Program-made: the position numbers and the translations under genes
Shown here: positions 1 to 10,008 of the stretch, piece by piece
How positions within the stretch are numbered: position 1 is the first letter of the stretch
Layout of the letters: the number at the start of each line of letters is the position of its first letter
The notes under the pieces: model-generated
What the model was told of the DNA's origin: nothing
Database searches by the model: none
The model's input: the letters and a program-made list of their open reading frames with translations, nothing else
Source of the DNA: a virus
Taxonomy: Duplodnaviria > Heunggongvirae > Uroviricota > Caudoviricetes
Reading direction: 5' to 3' (one strand)
DNA: 42,795 nucleotides
IMG/VR virus record: IMGVR_UViG_2526164634_000009

Positions 1-267
1 GCTGATGATTCAGGAAAGTGGATGTTTAAGGATGGAGCTGTAGTTAAACGGATTTATACAGCAGACGAACAGCAACAACAGGCCGAATCACAAAAGGCCG
101 TATTGCTTTCCGAAGCTGAATCAGTCATCCAGCCGCTGGAACGCGCTGTCAGGCTGAATATGGCAACAGACGAGGAACGCACACGACTGGAAGCATGGGA
201 ACGCTACAGTGTTCTGGTCAGCCGTGTGGATACGGCAAATCCTGAATGGCCACAAAAGCCTGAATAA
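1..267 (+). CDS. Tail fibre assembly protein, alternative copy (Mu U'-like), 5' end outside window
   Basis: Frame open from position 1; C-terminal sequence [13 protein letters not shown]...EWPQKPE parallels the minus-strand Tfa at 296-829 ([13 protein letters not shown]...FPEQPE); opposite orientation as in invertible tail-fibre segments. Confidence 0.7.
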   Translation, partial: ADDSGKWMFKDGAVVKRIYTADEQQQQAESQKAVLLSEAESVIQPLERAVRLNMATDEERTRLEAWERYSVLVSRVDTANPEWPQKPE

Positions 268-272
268 AAATT

Positions 273-292
273 AAGGCCCGCTATCGGGCCTT
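273..292. terminator. Hairpin between convergent Tfa genes (AAGGCCCG-CTAT-CGGGCCTT), likely bidirectional terminator
   Basis: Perfect 8-bp stem, 4-nt loop, T-rich tract on minus strand after stem. Confidence 0.5.
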
Positions 293-295
293 GTC

Positions 296-829
296 TCATT
301 CAGGTTGTTCGGGAAATGTTACTGGCAGGCTGGAGGTGTCTGTAGATTCGACTTTCTGCGCATAGAGCATCCACTCAGTTAATTTTTGTTTATTCTCGTC
401 GGAAATGATGCCCAGCCGTAGCTGTGAGTCCCATAGCTGGGTTTTATCCCTGACAAGTTGCAACAGGCTTTGCTTTTCATTCTCTGCCTGCTGCCTCTGT
501 TCCTCCTCGGTATAAGTTCGCTTTATCACTACGCCATCTTTGAACATCCATTTACCCGAAATATCAGCCCGGCGATTTGCTGTAATATCAGGAACCTCAA
601 CGACGCTTGCGCCTTCTGGATTAATTGCTGAAACATCCTTTTCAATACAAATAATACCGTTGTTGTGGTCATAGACCATTTTCAACGTATCAGGCTGAAA
701 GTTCTTTTGTTCCTCATACCAGTTTTTCCCATCCTCTGTATAAAGCCATTTGATGTTAAATTGTTTCGTTAGCTGGTATTGCTCTTTTGTTTTAGGGTTG
801 CCAGCAGTAATATTTTTTAAGTGCATCAT
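296..829 (-). CDS. U: Tail fibre assembly protein (Mu U / Tfa family)
   Basis: 177-aa ORF directly downstream of tail-fibre gene; conserved Tfa C-terminal region. Confidence 0.8.
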   Translation of the reverse strand: MMHLKNITAGNPKTKEQYQLTKQFNIKWLYTEDGKNWYEEQKNFQPDTLKMVYDHNNGIICIEKDVSAINPEGASVVEVPDITANRRADISGKWMFKDGVVIKRTYTEEEQRQQAENEKQSLLQLVRDKTQLWDSQLRLGIISDENKQKLTEWMLYAQKVESTDTSSLPVTFPEQPE

Positions 830-831
830 AA

Positions 832-2292
832 TTAAATACTCCCCGCGTTATACCACGTTCCATTAATGCAATACTGAATTGGCCTTGCCTGAGTTGTATC
901 AATTAATTCATCACGGTTTCCGTTAACTGAACCCGTAACGACATAACCTGACCTGTCAGACCAGCCGGGACCATTCCATGTCTGAACAGATGACAGACCG
1001 CCAAGGCGAATACCTGTAATAAACCTTGAGTTACATTCTGCCTGCGTATATGCTCCAACATCTCCCGCAGAGGGTTTGCGGGTTGTGGTGTAAAACTCTG
1101 ACCAGTCAGCTTCAAAGCCATAACCATCTCGCGCTGAACGATAATAAATACCGCCGTTCTTATAATTCACACGGAACTGAACCGCCGGGCAACTCCCCGC
1201 ATTCATATTAAAGTGAAGAATCAATGTTGACGCTCCACTAATAGTCGCATTATAAACGCCGCTATTTGAGTTCCATCCAACAGCTTTGTCATTTCCAACA
1301 GTGCTTCCTGTCTGCCCTAAAGCAAATGCAGGCTGCTGGTTTTTCGTGTTGTAGTCTCTTCGCCAGCCAGGAGCATAAGCATCACCATGATTAATATAAG
1401 TGAATTGAGCGTTAGTAATTCCGCCACCGCTGGACATGCTCGGGGTGGTTACACGGATGGTCATGGCACCTTTATTACCCATAACCTCAATAACGCAACC
1501 TGCAAGATGAATAGTTCCACAGCCAGTATCGGTAATAATTTTATTATTGCCGTATGACCATGAACATTTGCACATCCAGTATGGGTGATTGAATGCCCCT
1601 TGAGAATCCAGCCATTCAATCAATTGTGCCGTCGTCCAGTTTCCTGCACCTGTGCTAATAGCACCATGAAAAGAGCGGCAAGCACCTATTGTTTGCGTAA
1701 ATTTATCTTTGTTTGGAATATCTGCGCCGTTCTGGTTTTTCTGTAATGCGCCAGAAGCCTGATTTACCGTTTCCTGTAAACCGACGTTTTGGATAAACAG
1801 CGGCTTATTGGGAATATCTGCTCCGTTCCGGTCTTTTGCCAGACGAGCATTGGCATTATCCATCGCAATTTTCACCGCTTTTGCGGTGGCTGCCAACGTT
1901 TCACTGGGGCTGTCAGTGGCACTGGTTAGCTGAACGAGTCCTTTTTTGTTCAGGCTGGCATCATAGATATCCAGATTTTCACGTGCTGTACGCTGTGCTG
2001 ATGCCCCGGCAGTTTTAATTTCGCTGAGGTTATTTTTTATCAGCAGCGCGTTATTGCTCATAATGGCTTTAATGGACAGTGCAAGCTGGTTTAATTTTGT
2101 TTTATCCGGTTGAATACCGGCTTCTTCCAGCGTGTTTAATAACTCCGCCTGAACAATATTAAACCAGTCCATGCCGGGCCATGTGATAACATTATTCCCG
2201 TCACCTTCTGAAAACCAGCGAACGATAGCACTACGCTGGGCGGATACGGGCGGCATGACGGTTACGCCGCTGTCGTTATCAATATAAAACAT
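832..2292 (-). CDS. S: Tail fibre protein (Mu S-like; constant N-terminal part 2292-~1797, variable C-terminal part inside invertible segment)
   Basis: 486-aa ORF, Gly/Asn/Thr-rich C-terminal region typical of fibre tips, position after baseplate genes, gix-like site within ORF. Confidence 0.8.
   Translation of the reverse strand: MFYIDNDSGVTVMPPVSAQRSAIVRWFSEGDGNNVITWPGMDWFNIVQAELLNTLEEAGIQPDKTKLNQLALSIKAIMSNNALLIKNNLSEIKTAGASAQRTARENLDIYDASLNKKGLVQLTSATDSPSETLAATAKAVKIAMDNANARLAKDRNGADIPNKPLFIQNVGLQETVNQASGALQKNQNGADIPNKDKFTQTIGACRSFHGAISTGAGNWTTAQLIEWLDSQGAFNHPYWMCKCSWSYGNNKIITDTGCGTIHLAGCVIEVMGNKGAMTIRVTTPSMSSGGGITNAQFTYINHGDAYAPGWRRDYNTKNQQPAFALGQTGSTVGNDKAVGWNSNSGVYNATISGASTLILHFNMNAGSCPAVQFRVNYKNGGIYYRSARDGYGFEADWSEFYTTTRKPSAGDVGAYTQAECNSRFITGIRLGGLSSVQTWNGPGWSDRSGYVVTGSVNGNRDELIDTTQARPIQYCINGTWYNAGSI
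1771..1796. other. gix/hix-like crossover site for a Gin/Hin/Pin/Cin-family serine invertase
   Basis: TTCCTGTAAACCGACGTTTTGGATAA: imperfect 26-bp dyad with AAACC / GGTTT half-site cores, matching remembered gix consensus at all but about one position. Confidence 0.6.
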
Positions 2293-2834
2293 TAGTTATC
2301 TCCGTCATGGTAAACAAATTTATAAATCTGATGCGCGGGTTTATATTTCTCCAGTAAACATTCCAGCGCACCCGATTCATAAACACGTAACGGCGTCAGG
2401 ACATTATCCAGCACCGTTGCGTTGCGATAATTTTTAATACCGTAAATATTGACCTGCGTAACCCACTGGCTTTCTGTGGAATCCGTCAGCCTGACGGTAA
2501 AACCGTACTGCGCAGCCAGCCATTCATAAAAGCGCCGACTCAGATTGCCGGTCATACGCATTTTATTCGCGGCAGCCCGCTGGCGTTCGGACAGGGTGCC
2601 GTTTTCGCTTGTACAGTCCGGCAACCCCAGAAATGATTCCCACTCCCCCAGATACCAGCGGGATGTGGACGGGAAACGCTCCCGCAGCATTTGCCGCGCA
2701 TCATCCGCCGCACTGGCAATCACGTCACTGATGGCCTGCGCCAGCGCAGATAATTTGCTGTCGGGGCTTTTATTCCAGGCAAGCCCTGACGGCAGTAATT
2801 GCAGAAAGGCCGTCTGATAGGGTGTTACAGCCAT
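2292..2834 (-). CDS. Baseplate/tail protein (Mu gp48-like, DUF2313-type)
   Basis: 180-aa ORF between baseplate J-like gene and tail fibre; family assigned from memory of Mu gp48 / YmfQ-like proteins. Confidence 0.55.
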   Translation of the reverse strand: MAVTPYQTAFLQLLPSGLAWNKSPDSKLSALAQAISDVIASAADDARQMLRERFPSTSRWYLGEWESFLGLPDCTSENGTLSERQRAAANKMRMTGNLSRRFYEWLAAQYGFTVRLTDSTESQWVTQVNIYGIKNYRNATVLDNVLTPLRVYESGALECLLEKYKPAHQIYKFVYHDGDN

Positions 2835-3907
2835 TCAATTGTCCCCGGTGTTAACAGTTCCGTATTCTCCGAACGCTGGATCTCTGTCGGGAAACGCACT
2901 TCAAAATCATCCAGACCGGTAACACCTGCCACCGCACGGATAATACGGGAGGTGGCAAGTGCGCCGCCCGGCGTCACCTCATTAAAAAACATGGTATTAA
3001 TGGCGTGGGTAATAGCCTGTTTCAGTTCGGCTGTCTTCGGTGATATATAAATCCGTGGATTTACCGGCTTTGCCTTTGGCGCAAATACAGTGACATTTAC
3101 ACCGTCAGGCTGTCCGACAATCAGACCGGTGATCGGGTCAGTATGACCGGCGATATAATCCGCCACGCGTTCCACGTCTGCCGGTTGTGGAAAAATATTG
3201 CTCCGGTTATCCATAACAAACGTCACCCCGACTGTGCCACCGCCTTTCCATGTCGGAAAACACCAGGCACGGGTAACGCCGCTGACTTCACGTGCCCAGC
3301 GGACGTAATCAAACTGATTACCGCCGAACGGAGGATACTGGACACGATATTCCAGCCGTGACAGCAGCTCCGCTGCACTCTCAATATCAGCTCCACCGGA
3401 AAACCCTTTTACAGTGATGGCATCGGAAACAACACAGGCAACCGGGGTGATCAACGTTAAAAGGGTATTCTCACCGGTATTTCCTGCCTCACCGGCAGCC
3501 AGTGCGGTAACGGTAATTTCCGTCGTTCCTGCACGGTCAATCACAATGGCATCAGCCAGGCTGTAAACCACACCATCAGCACGCTGCCAGCGTGTACCGG
3601 CAGGAATGGTGGTCGCTGCCGATGTGGTGACAGTCAGCGGGCCGCTGGCGGCTGTCGCCTGTTTGCGGCGCACCCCCCAGAACCGGCAGTGCTCCAGCAA
3701 CTCATCTTCATCTGCTGTCGACGGGATAATCTGCCGTCCAACCCATGAAATATGCTCGTGACAACCGGCAGCAAGGCCCGCCTGAGCATAAGCAATGGCA
3801 CTCAGCGTTTTTTCACGGGCCTGAGGCCAGCTACCCGGCAGGCGCTGTTCAATATTCTGTTCTGTACGGGCAATCAGCGATGATAATGTCGGTGGTGAAT
3901 AAGCCAT
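2825..3907 (-). CDS. Baseplate J-like protein (Mu gp47-like)
   Basis: 360-aa ORF, position and size match baseplate J family. Confidence 0.7.
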   Translation of the reverse strand: MAYSPPTLSSLIARTEQNIEQRLPGSWPQAREKTLSAIAYAQAGLAAGCHEHISWVGRQIIPSTADEDELLEHCRFWGVRRKQATAASGPLTVTTSAATTIPAGTRWQRADGVVYSLADAIVIDRAGTTEITVTALAAGEAGNTGENTLLTLITPVACVVSDAITVKGFSGGADIESAAELLSRLEYRVQYPPFGGNQFDYVRWAREVSGVTRAWCFPTWKGGGTVGVTFVMDNRSNIFPQPADVERVADYIAGHTDPITGLIVGQPDGVNVTVFAPKAKPVNPRIYISPKTAELKQAITHAINTMFFNEVTPGGALATSRIIRAVAGVTGLDDFEVRFPTEIQRSENTELLTPGTIEWL

Positions 3908-4345
3908 TTAAACCCCGTTAAATGCTGCTTTAAACTCATAAGGAATAACGGAACCATCCGGTAATGTCAGTGCAATGTAGAGGTATAACCAGCCCTGATG
4001 TAACTGTTCCGCCCTGACGTTAATCGCACTTACCCGGCCCGCTGTTTTCAGCCATTCCAGCGCCTCTTCGGCATACCCTCTGGCGCGTTCCAGCGTATCC
4101 GGTGTGGCTTTTTCACGTGATAACAGCCACAACCGCGAACCGATGGGGCGGTCGCGGTAACTGTCACCCCACCATCCACGGCGATCATCTGAACCATCCG
4201 GCAGCGTGTCAGAATCCAGCGAGCGCCGGTCGGTAAACAGGGAGATTGTCACATCGGTTGTCAGGCTGTCGTCGGTCAGCATATCAATGCCATCCTGTGC
4301 AATATCGCCGCGTCCGTTCGTCCAGATAATGGCTAAATCGGTCAT
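3908..4345 (-). CDS. Baseplate protein (Mu gp46-like, gp25/GPW-type)
   Basis: 145-aa ORF in baseplate cluster. Confidence 0.6.
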   Translation of the reverse strand: MTDLAIIWTNGRGDIAQDGIDMLTDDSLTTDVTISLFTDRRSLDSDTLPDGSDDRRGWWGDSYRDRPIGSRLWLLSREKATPDTLERARGYAEEALEWLKTAGRVSAINVRAEQLHQGWLYLYIALTLPDGSVIPYEFKAAFNGV

Positions 4346-4935
4346 TGCATTGGCCCCGTGGTTCCGCCGCTATCGCCACGGTGGATATGCTTATCCGTCG
4401 ATTTGCCATTGATGATGGCATCCGGGGCAGTAATATTGCTGTCGAACTGGCTTTTACCTTTAACGCCCAGACCTTTCTGGATCTCAACGTCGCCGGTAAA
4501 CGTGGTTCTGGGTGTGTCAACGGTCATACTTTCATCAGCGTAAACCTCAACCGTTTTACAGGTAATGATGCAGCGTCCGTCCTTTGTCAGCCTGATACGA
4601 TGCCCCTCGTGGTGGTAAATGCCAGCATCACCCGGTTCAAGATTTGTCGGGCGGTAGCGGCGGTCTTCCACCACAACGGCAATCCCCTGATCACGTTGTG
4701 CACCCACACAGGCAATCAGCGCCTCTGCGCCCGGCAGAGGAACGCTGAAATGCCCGTAATTTTGCAGGCGCTCCACTTCATCAGATTCCTCATCATCCAG
4801 CAGACCAACCTGCAGGTTCTGAACCTTTCGTCCGTCGTTAATCACGTTAACAACGGCACGCGCAAGCATCAGGCGCACACGACGCATCAGCGGCATCAGC
4901 AGGCGGTTCATGGCGGAATCATTTACTCTTTCCAC
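4342..4935 (-). CDS. Baseplate assembly/spike protein (Mu gp45-like, gpV-type)
   Basis: 197-aa ORF in conserved position. Confidence 0.65.
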   Translation of the reverse strand: MERVNDSAMNRLLMPLMRRVRLMLARAVVNVINDGRKVQNLQVGLLDDEESDEVERLQNYGHFSVPLPGAEALIACVGAQRDQGIAVVVEDRRYRPTNLEPGDAGIYHHEGHRIRLTKDGRCIITCKTVEVYADESMTVDTPRTTFTGDVEIQKGLGVKGKSQFDSNITAPDAIINGKSTDKHIHRGDSGGTTGPMQ

Positions 4936-6062
4936 GGCGGCGTTTTCTCCGGGTGTCTGCGATAATAATCTTCAACCAGCGCATCAATACCGCCGTTACT
5001 GTCGCCGCCTTTCCTGTTTTTACGGTCGCTTTCAACCGGCACCAGAAAGCCTTCGCGTGGTGCAAGGCTGACGCGGGTTTTCAGCCCGTCCTGGTCATTC
5101 AGTATCAGGGTGACTTTGCTGACCAGTAATTCCGTGGTTTTGATGGCATATTTCGAGGCATCAATAGTGACCAGCAGGTTCGGCATCCAGAGTTGCCCGT
5201 CCTTGCGAGTCCATCCGTCAATTTCTGCCTCAAAGGTGATGGATTTTGCCAGTCTGCGGCGTTGCTCACGCAGGGCGCGGGCCTGTGCATCCTTCGCCGT
5301 AATCTTGCTGTCAGCAATGATGATCATCGGTCTGTAACGGGTCACATCACTGTCAGTGGCGGTCCCTTTCCGGGAGACGATACTTTTCGCATCAATATCA
5401 TCACCCTCAGCACCATTTGCGCGGGCATACCCCTTGACGGTGTATTCGCTGAACCGGTCGCGGAAGTCTTCCTCAAAATCCAGCGTCAGCAGATTTTCTC
5501 CGAGAACCAGCTCATCAGTGGCTGTGCTGGCAGCCCGGCTGAATACCAGCTCTCCGGCGGCATTGCTGGTCATCAGTACACCGCGTGCGCGGGAGGCACG
5601 CACCAGCGCCTCATAAACGGTTTCTGAATGGTCCAGCGTGAAGCCGGGAAAAGCTGCCGAACTTTCCTTATCGGAAAGCTCCCAGCGAACGGTAACGCCA
5701 TAAGGAGCGCACAGGTCACGCGCAATCTGCTCCAGTGTGCGTTTTTTCCACTGTCCGCCACTGTAAACGGCAGCACAGTCAATCAGGTCAGCCGTTTTGT
5801 CACGTCCGGCGACAGTGATTTTCATACTGTCAGCGGTCATCTGGCGTCGCCGTGAATCGATATAACCGGTGCAGACAATCTGCCCCTCGATTTCGAGCGT
5901 GAACTTCTTCCCCGGAGCCAGCCCGGATAAATCCGTGCCCGGTGGCACGTTCACCCCCAGCTCAAAATATCCGGCTACGGATTCAATCGAGCGGGTGACA
6001 GAGACTGACGTCCAGCCGGTAAAAAGCCTGCCATCCGTTCGCAGCGTGACGGTATTACTCAT
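4923..6062 (-). CDS. P: Tail/baseplate hub protein (Mu P / late-control-D-like)
   Basis: 379-aa ORF immediately downstream of N-like gene. Confidence 0.7.
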   Translation of the reverse strand: MSNTVTLRTDGRLFTGWTSVSVTRSIESVAGYFELGVNVPPGTDLSGLAPGKKFTLEIEGQIVCTGYIDSRRRQMTADSMKITVAGRDKTADLIDCAAVYSGGQWKKRTLEQIARDLCAPYGVTVRWELSDKESSAAFPGFTLDHSETVYEALVRASRARGVLMTSNAAGELVFSRAASTATDELVLGENLLTLDFEEDFRDRFSEYTVKGYARANGAEGDDIDAKSIVSRKGTATDSDVTRYRPMIIIADSKITAKDAQARALREQRRRLAKSITFEAEIDGWTRKDGQLWMPNLLVTIDASKYAIKTTELLVSKVTLILNDQDGLKTRVSLAPREGFLVPVESDRKNRKGGDSNGGIDALVEDYYRRHPEKTPPWKE

Positions 6063-6843
6063 TAATCACCTCAATACTGACACCACCGGGAACAAACAAC
6101 GGGTTGCTGATACCGTTCCTGCGGGCCAGCCGTTGCCAGTTCCGGCTGTTTCCTGTGTAACGGTACAGGGCCACCATTGCAGGCATCGTCTCCGGCAGGC
6201 GGTGCGTTTCACTGCCCGCCAGTTGCAGCCCGCGTTTTTCCAGGTCGGCAACAACCAGCAGACGCAGTTGCGTAAGCTGAACGCTGTCTGTCGAAAAGCC
6301 CTGCTCAGATGCCGTCAGAATGACGGTATCCAGTGCAGCCCCCAGCATGGCGGCTGTTTTTCCGATATCGGACACACTTTCAAATACCGGGGGCGTGGCT
6401 GTACCACTGTCTGAAAAGGATACCTGTGAAAAACCGCCGTCCGGGGTTATGGCAGTTAACTGTAACTGTCCCTGTGTGACGGTAGCGGATGTGCTGCTGG
6501 CCCCGATGGCTGTGCCGGTTGTGGTGGACGGGGCATCCAGTACAGGTGCACGGGCGGCATTATCCATCCGGCGACTGAAATCCAGTGCCGCAGTCAGTGC
6601 CTGGCTGGCAGCTTCTGCCCGGTATGTCTGCGCCGCTGCCAGCATGACGTAGTTCAGTGTGGCAATATTTTTTTCTGCAACCGGACTGTTGTACGAGGTT
6701 GTGATTGTCCCCTGTCTGCCTGCGGTGGCAGCATGGCGACGTTCGAATCGCTGCGCCAGACGGTTCCATGTGGAAAATGCTGTCCGGGTATCGCATAACG
6801 ATGAAAGTAAGCGTGCAGCAAGAACCGTATTGACGGGGATGTG

Positions 6844-8382
6844 TTATTCAGTCGGCAGTGCTACGCGCCAGGGGAGCAGTTCGCCGACCCGGTTTATCGG
6901 CCAGTCGGCTATGACGTCAAGGACATAGCGGAGGTAGCTTTCTGGCTCCACTCCGTTCAGTTTGCACGTCCCGATCAGGCTGTACAGCAGCGCTCCCCGC
7001 TCTCCTCCATGATCCGAACCGAAGAACAGGTAGTTTTTGCGGCCCAGACTGACCATCCGCAACGCATTTTCAGCGATGTTATTGTCCGCCTCAGCCCAGC
7101 CATCATCTGCATAGTACGTCAGCGCCGGCCACTGGTTCAGGGCGTATGCGAACGCTTTCGCCAGTTCTGAGTGTCGCGACAGGGTTTTCATCTTTTCACG
7201 CAGCCAGCTTTCCAGGGATTTCAGCAGCGGTTTCGTTTTCAACTGACGTTCGGCAAGGCGCTGCTCCGCCGTCATTCCCCTTATCTCTGCCTCGATGGCG
7301 TACAGTTCGCCGATCCGTTTCAGCGCTTCCTCCGTCAGGGCTGACGGGGTGCGAACGTGCACATCGTGGATTTTACGGCGGGCGTGAGCCCAACAGGCGG
7401 CTTCCGTTATCCGGCCATCCCGGTACAGCTCGTTGAACCCGGCGTATGCATCCGCCTGCAGTACACCACTGAACCCCGCAAGATGGGTCTGCGGATGGAT
7501 GCCTTTTCTGTCCGGGCTGTAAGCGAACAACACCGCCGGCGCCAGCGTTGACCCGGCGTTACGGTCGTCACGAACGTAGGTCCATAACCGCCCGGTCTTC
7601 GTTTTCTTATTGCCTGGCAACAGCACCGGGACAGGCGTGTCATCAGCATGGAGCTTACCGTCAGTCAGCACATAGTCCTGAAGCGCTTCTTCCAGCGGTG
7701 ACAGTAGCCGGCAGCATGCATCCACCCAGCCCGACAGCAGTGAACGACTCAGCTCCACGCCCTGGCGGCCGTACATTTCAGACTGGCGGTACAGCGGGGT
7801 GTGCTCTGCATACTTTGAGATCAGCACGCGGGCCAGCAGCCCCGGTCCTGCGATACCCCGCTCGATGGGCCGTGAAGGCGCGGGGGCCTGCACGATGGCA
7901 TCGCACTGAGTACAGGCATGCTTTTCACGTACAGTCCGGATAACCCGGAAGGCGCTGCGCATCAACTCCAGCTGTTCGGCGGCATCCTCACCCAGATAGC
8001 TCAGTGAGCCTCCACATTCCGGGCAGCATGATGCTGCCGGCAGCAGCCGTTTTTCATCGCGGGGGAGTGATTCGGGGAACGGTTTGCGGGTGCGGGTTTG
8101 ACGCAGCGGGCGCTGCACGGCCGGGTCGTCAACCCGACCGGTAAGGGTATCACTTTCTTTCTGAAGTGCCTTCAGGTCAGCTTCCATCTGTGCGATACGA
8201 CGGGAGACTTTTTCGGAGCGGCTGCCGAAGTTCATCCGGCGCAGCTTATCCAGCTGTGCCTGCAGATGGTCTATTTCGCGTTCACGCTCGTTCAGCTTTT
8301 CCAGCAGGGCACGGTTCAGCGCCTCCTGTTCGGCAAGGAGACGTTTCAGTGCATTGATATCGTCAGGAAGTGAGCTGCTCAT
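6844..8382 (-). CDS. tnpC: IS66-family transposase TnpC
   Basis: 512 aa; N-terminal coiled-coil, CxxC...CxxC zinc-finger segment, DDE-type core. Confidence 0.9.
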   Translation of the reverse strand: MSSSLPDDINALKRLLAEQEALNRALLEKLNEREREIDHLQAQLDKLRRMNFGSRSEKVSRRIAQMEADLKALQKESDTLTGRVDDPAVQRPLRQTRTRKPFPESLPRDEKRLLPAASCCPECGGSLSYLGEDAAEQLELMRSAFRVIRTVREKHACTQCDAIVQAPAPSRPIERGIAGPGLLARVLISKYAEHTPLYRQSEMYGRQGVELSRSLLSGWVDACCRLLSPLEEALQDYVLTDGKLHADDTPVPVLLPGNKKTKTGRLWTYVRDDRNAGSTLAPAVLFAYSPDRKGIHPQTHLAGFSGVLQADAYAGFNELYRDGRITEAACWAHARRKIHDVHVRTPSALTEEALKRIGELYAIEAEIRGMTAEQRLAERQLKTKPLLKSLESWLREKMKTLSRHSELAKAFAYALNQWPALTYYADDGWAEADNNIAENALRMVSLGRKNYLFFGSDHGGERGALLYSLIGTCKLNGVEPESYLRYVLDVIADWPINRVGELLPWRVALPTE

Positions 8383-8430
8383 ACCGGGTATATTACCAGG
8401 CTCATTCAGCGTCGACCAGGATAAAGAGGC

Positions 8431-8778
8431 TTACAACATAGTCAGGGACGTAAGCAGTCTTTTAGGCTGCCGCCAGTCGATACCTTCCAGCAGCATCGCC
8501 AGCTGTGCCGGTGTGAGGAACACTTTGCCATCCCGGGCTGACGGCCAGGCGAAGCGGCCGCGCTCCAGCCGTTTGGTCAGCAGACACAGTCCATCGCCGG
8601 TAGACCAGAGGAGCTTTACCTGACTGCCATTACGCCCACGGAAGATAAAAACGTGACCTGACATCGGATCGTCTTTCAGCGTCGTCTGCACCTTTGCCGC
8701 CAGGCCGTTGAAGCCGTTTCTCATATCGGTGATGCCAGCGACCAGCCAGATCTTTGTCCCTGATGGTAATGGGATCAA
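8431..8778 (-). CDS. tnpB: IS66-family accessory protein TnpB (Orf2)
   Basis: 115 aa, MIPLPSGTKIWLVAGITDMRNGFNGLAAKV motif typical of IS66 Orf2. Confidence 0.9.
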   Translation of the reverse strand: MIPLPSGTKIWLVAGITDMRNGFNGLAAKVQTTLKDDPMSGHVFIFRGRNGSQVKLLWSTGDGLCLLTKRLERGRFAWPSARDGKVFLTPAQLAMLLEGIDWRQPKRLLTSLTML

Positions 8779-9179
8779 CGTTTGAGCTCCCGTATCAGCA
8801 GGTTCAGGATATTTTCGCTGATGGCACCATTCAGACGGAGTGATCCGTGCCGGAACGTCACTTCACAGCTGATATTGAGTGATTCAGGTGTCGCAGCAGC
8901 TACAGGTTGTGACCGGGGGGAGGTTGTAGGGACAACATCTTCGGCATCAAGTGTTATCGGGAGCAGCTCAGGCACGTTGTTTTCTGTTGTTGAAGGAGGA
9001 CGTAGTTTTCCTTCGCGCCAGTACTGGCGCCACTTGAACAGCAAATTATCGTTGATCCCATGCTCACGAGCGAGTTGCGCTACGGAGATCTCTGGTCGAT
9101 GCGAGAGTTCAACCATTTTGATTTTGAACTCAACGGGATAATTAGGGCTTTTTTTACGCACTGCGGTTAATGATTTCAT
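8775..9179 (-). CDS. tnpA: IS66-family accessory protein TnpA (Orf1), HTH
   Basis: 134 aa, overlaps tnpB start by 4 nt as in IS66 elements. Confidence 0.85.
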   Translation of the reverse strand: MKSLTAVRKKSPNYPVEFKIKMVELSHRPEISVAQLAREHGINDNLLFKWRQYWREGKLRPPSTTENNVPELLPITLDAEDVVPTTSPRSQPVAAATPESLNISCEVTFRHGSLRLNGAISENILNLLIRELKR

Positions 9180-10008
9180 GGATAGCGTCCACCATATTTG
9201 GTGTCCACTATTCTCTCAGGAATTTCAGGATCTGCCAGACGGTGCTGAGACGACGCTTACCGATGAAACGCCGGACAGCGCCCCCATCAGCGAGGAGGCC
9301 AGCATGGCAGGCTGGTTAATCAGGCTGGTCACAGAGCCTTTCATCGCAGAAAGCGATCCCATCAGACCGCTGACAGTCTGCGTAACCCCCAGATTGTCCA
9401 CCGCATCACTGATATCATCGATGACACCGGTTACAGCTTCCATCACGGCGGTTGCCGCCGCAGTGCCATCTTTTACGGTCTGCCAGACAGAGGACAGCGT
9501 ATCTCCCAGAGAACCGGTTACAGCAACGGCCTGTGCCGGTACGGCTGCACTGGTGTCTGTCTCTGCGTCCGGGGCAGTATCCTGCAACGACGGATAAACG
9601 GTAACGGTGAACGCGTAATAATTCAGTTCATCCGCTTTAGTGCGGCATTCCCATGAATCCACCATGACGTCCACAGTGCCGAAATCAGGATGTACCAGCT
9701 CACCGCTACCCGGAGCATCAAGAGCATCCATCAGCGCACCCGCTTCATCTCTGGCTGTTTCTGCGTTGCTGTTCAGAATGCAGGCGCTGAATGTACGGGA
9801 GCGAAGCTTTTTCCCCAGGTCATTGACGCCGCCGGTATCACGTAACGGGTACTCGCGTTTAACCAGGCGACGTCCGCCAGCCTGTTTTTGCTCCTCGATG
9901 ACGAGAAACGGCACGTTACGGAACGTGCCTTTGCCGGTTGTTTTCCTGCCTCCACCGGTTTTATCCCGGACAGCATTAACGACATTTAAAGCATCTTCAA
10001 ACATGGTT

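Larger units (their letters stand above)
1..1783. other. Invertible tail-fibre host-range segment (G-segment-like), partial; other boundary and invertase outside window
   Basis: gix-like site inside tail-fibre ORF at 1771-1796, two Tfa genes in opposite orientation converging at 267/296. Confidence 0.55.
6807..9260 (-). mobile_element. IS66-family insertion sequence (2454 bp) with 8-bp target duplication CGATGAAA at 6799-6806 and 9261-9268
   Basis: Ends GTAAGCGT...ACGCTTAC (imperfect inverted repeats), three-ORF tnpA-tnpB-tnpC organisation, identical 8-bp flanking direct repeats. Confidence 0.85.
6055..10004 (-). pseudogene. N: Mu N-like tail / DNA-circularisation protein gene interrupted by IS66-family element (5' part 10004-9261, 3' part 6806-6055)
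   Basis: Both fragments stay in one frame once the IS and one duplication copy are removed (744 + 744 nt = 495 codons plus stop); no stop in 6646-6798 in that frame; 5' fragment reads into the IS and stops at 9225. Confidence 0.7.

Noticed and set aside
4345-4965. Plus-strand ORF of 206 aa antisense to the baseplate spike gene
   Set aside because: Entirely overlaps a well-supported minus-strand structural gene with no RBS or synteny support; typical shadow ORF in GC-rich phage DNA.
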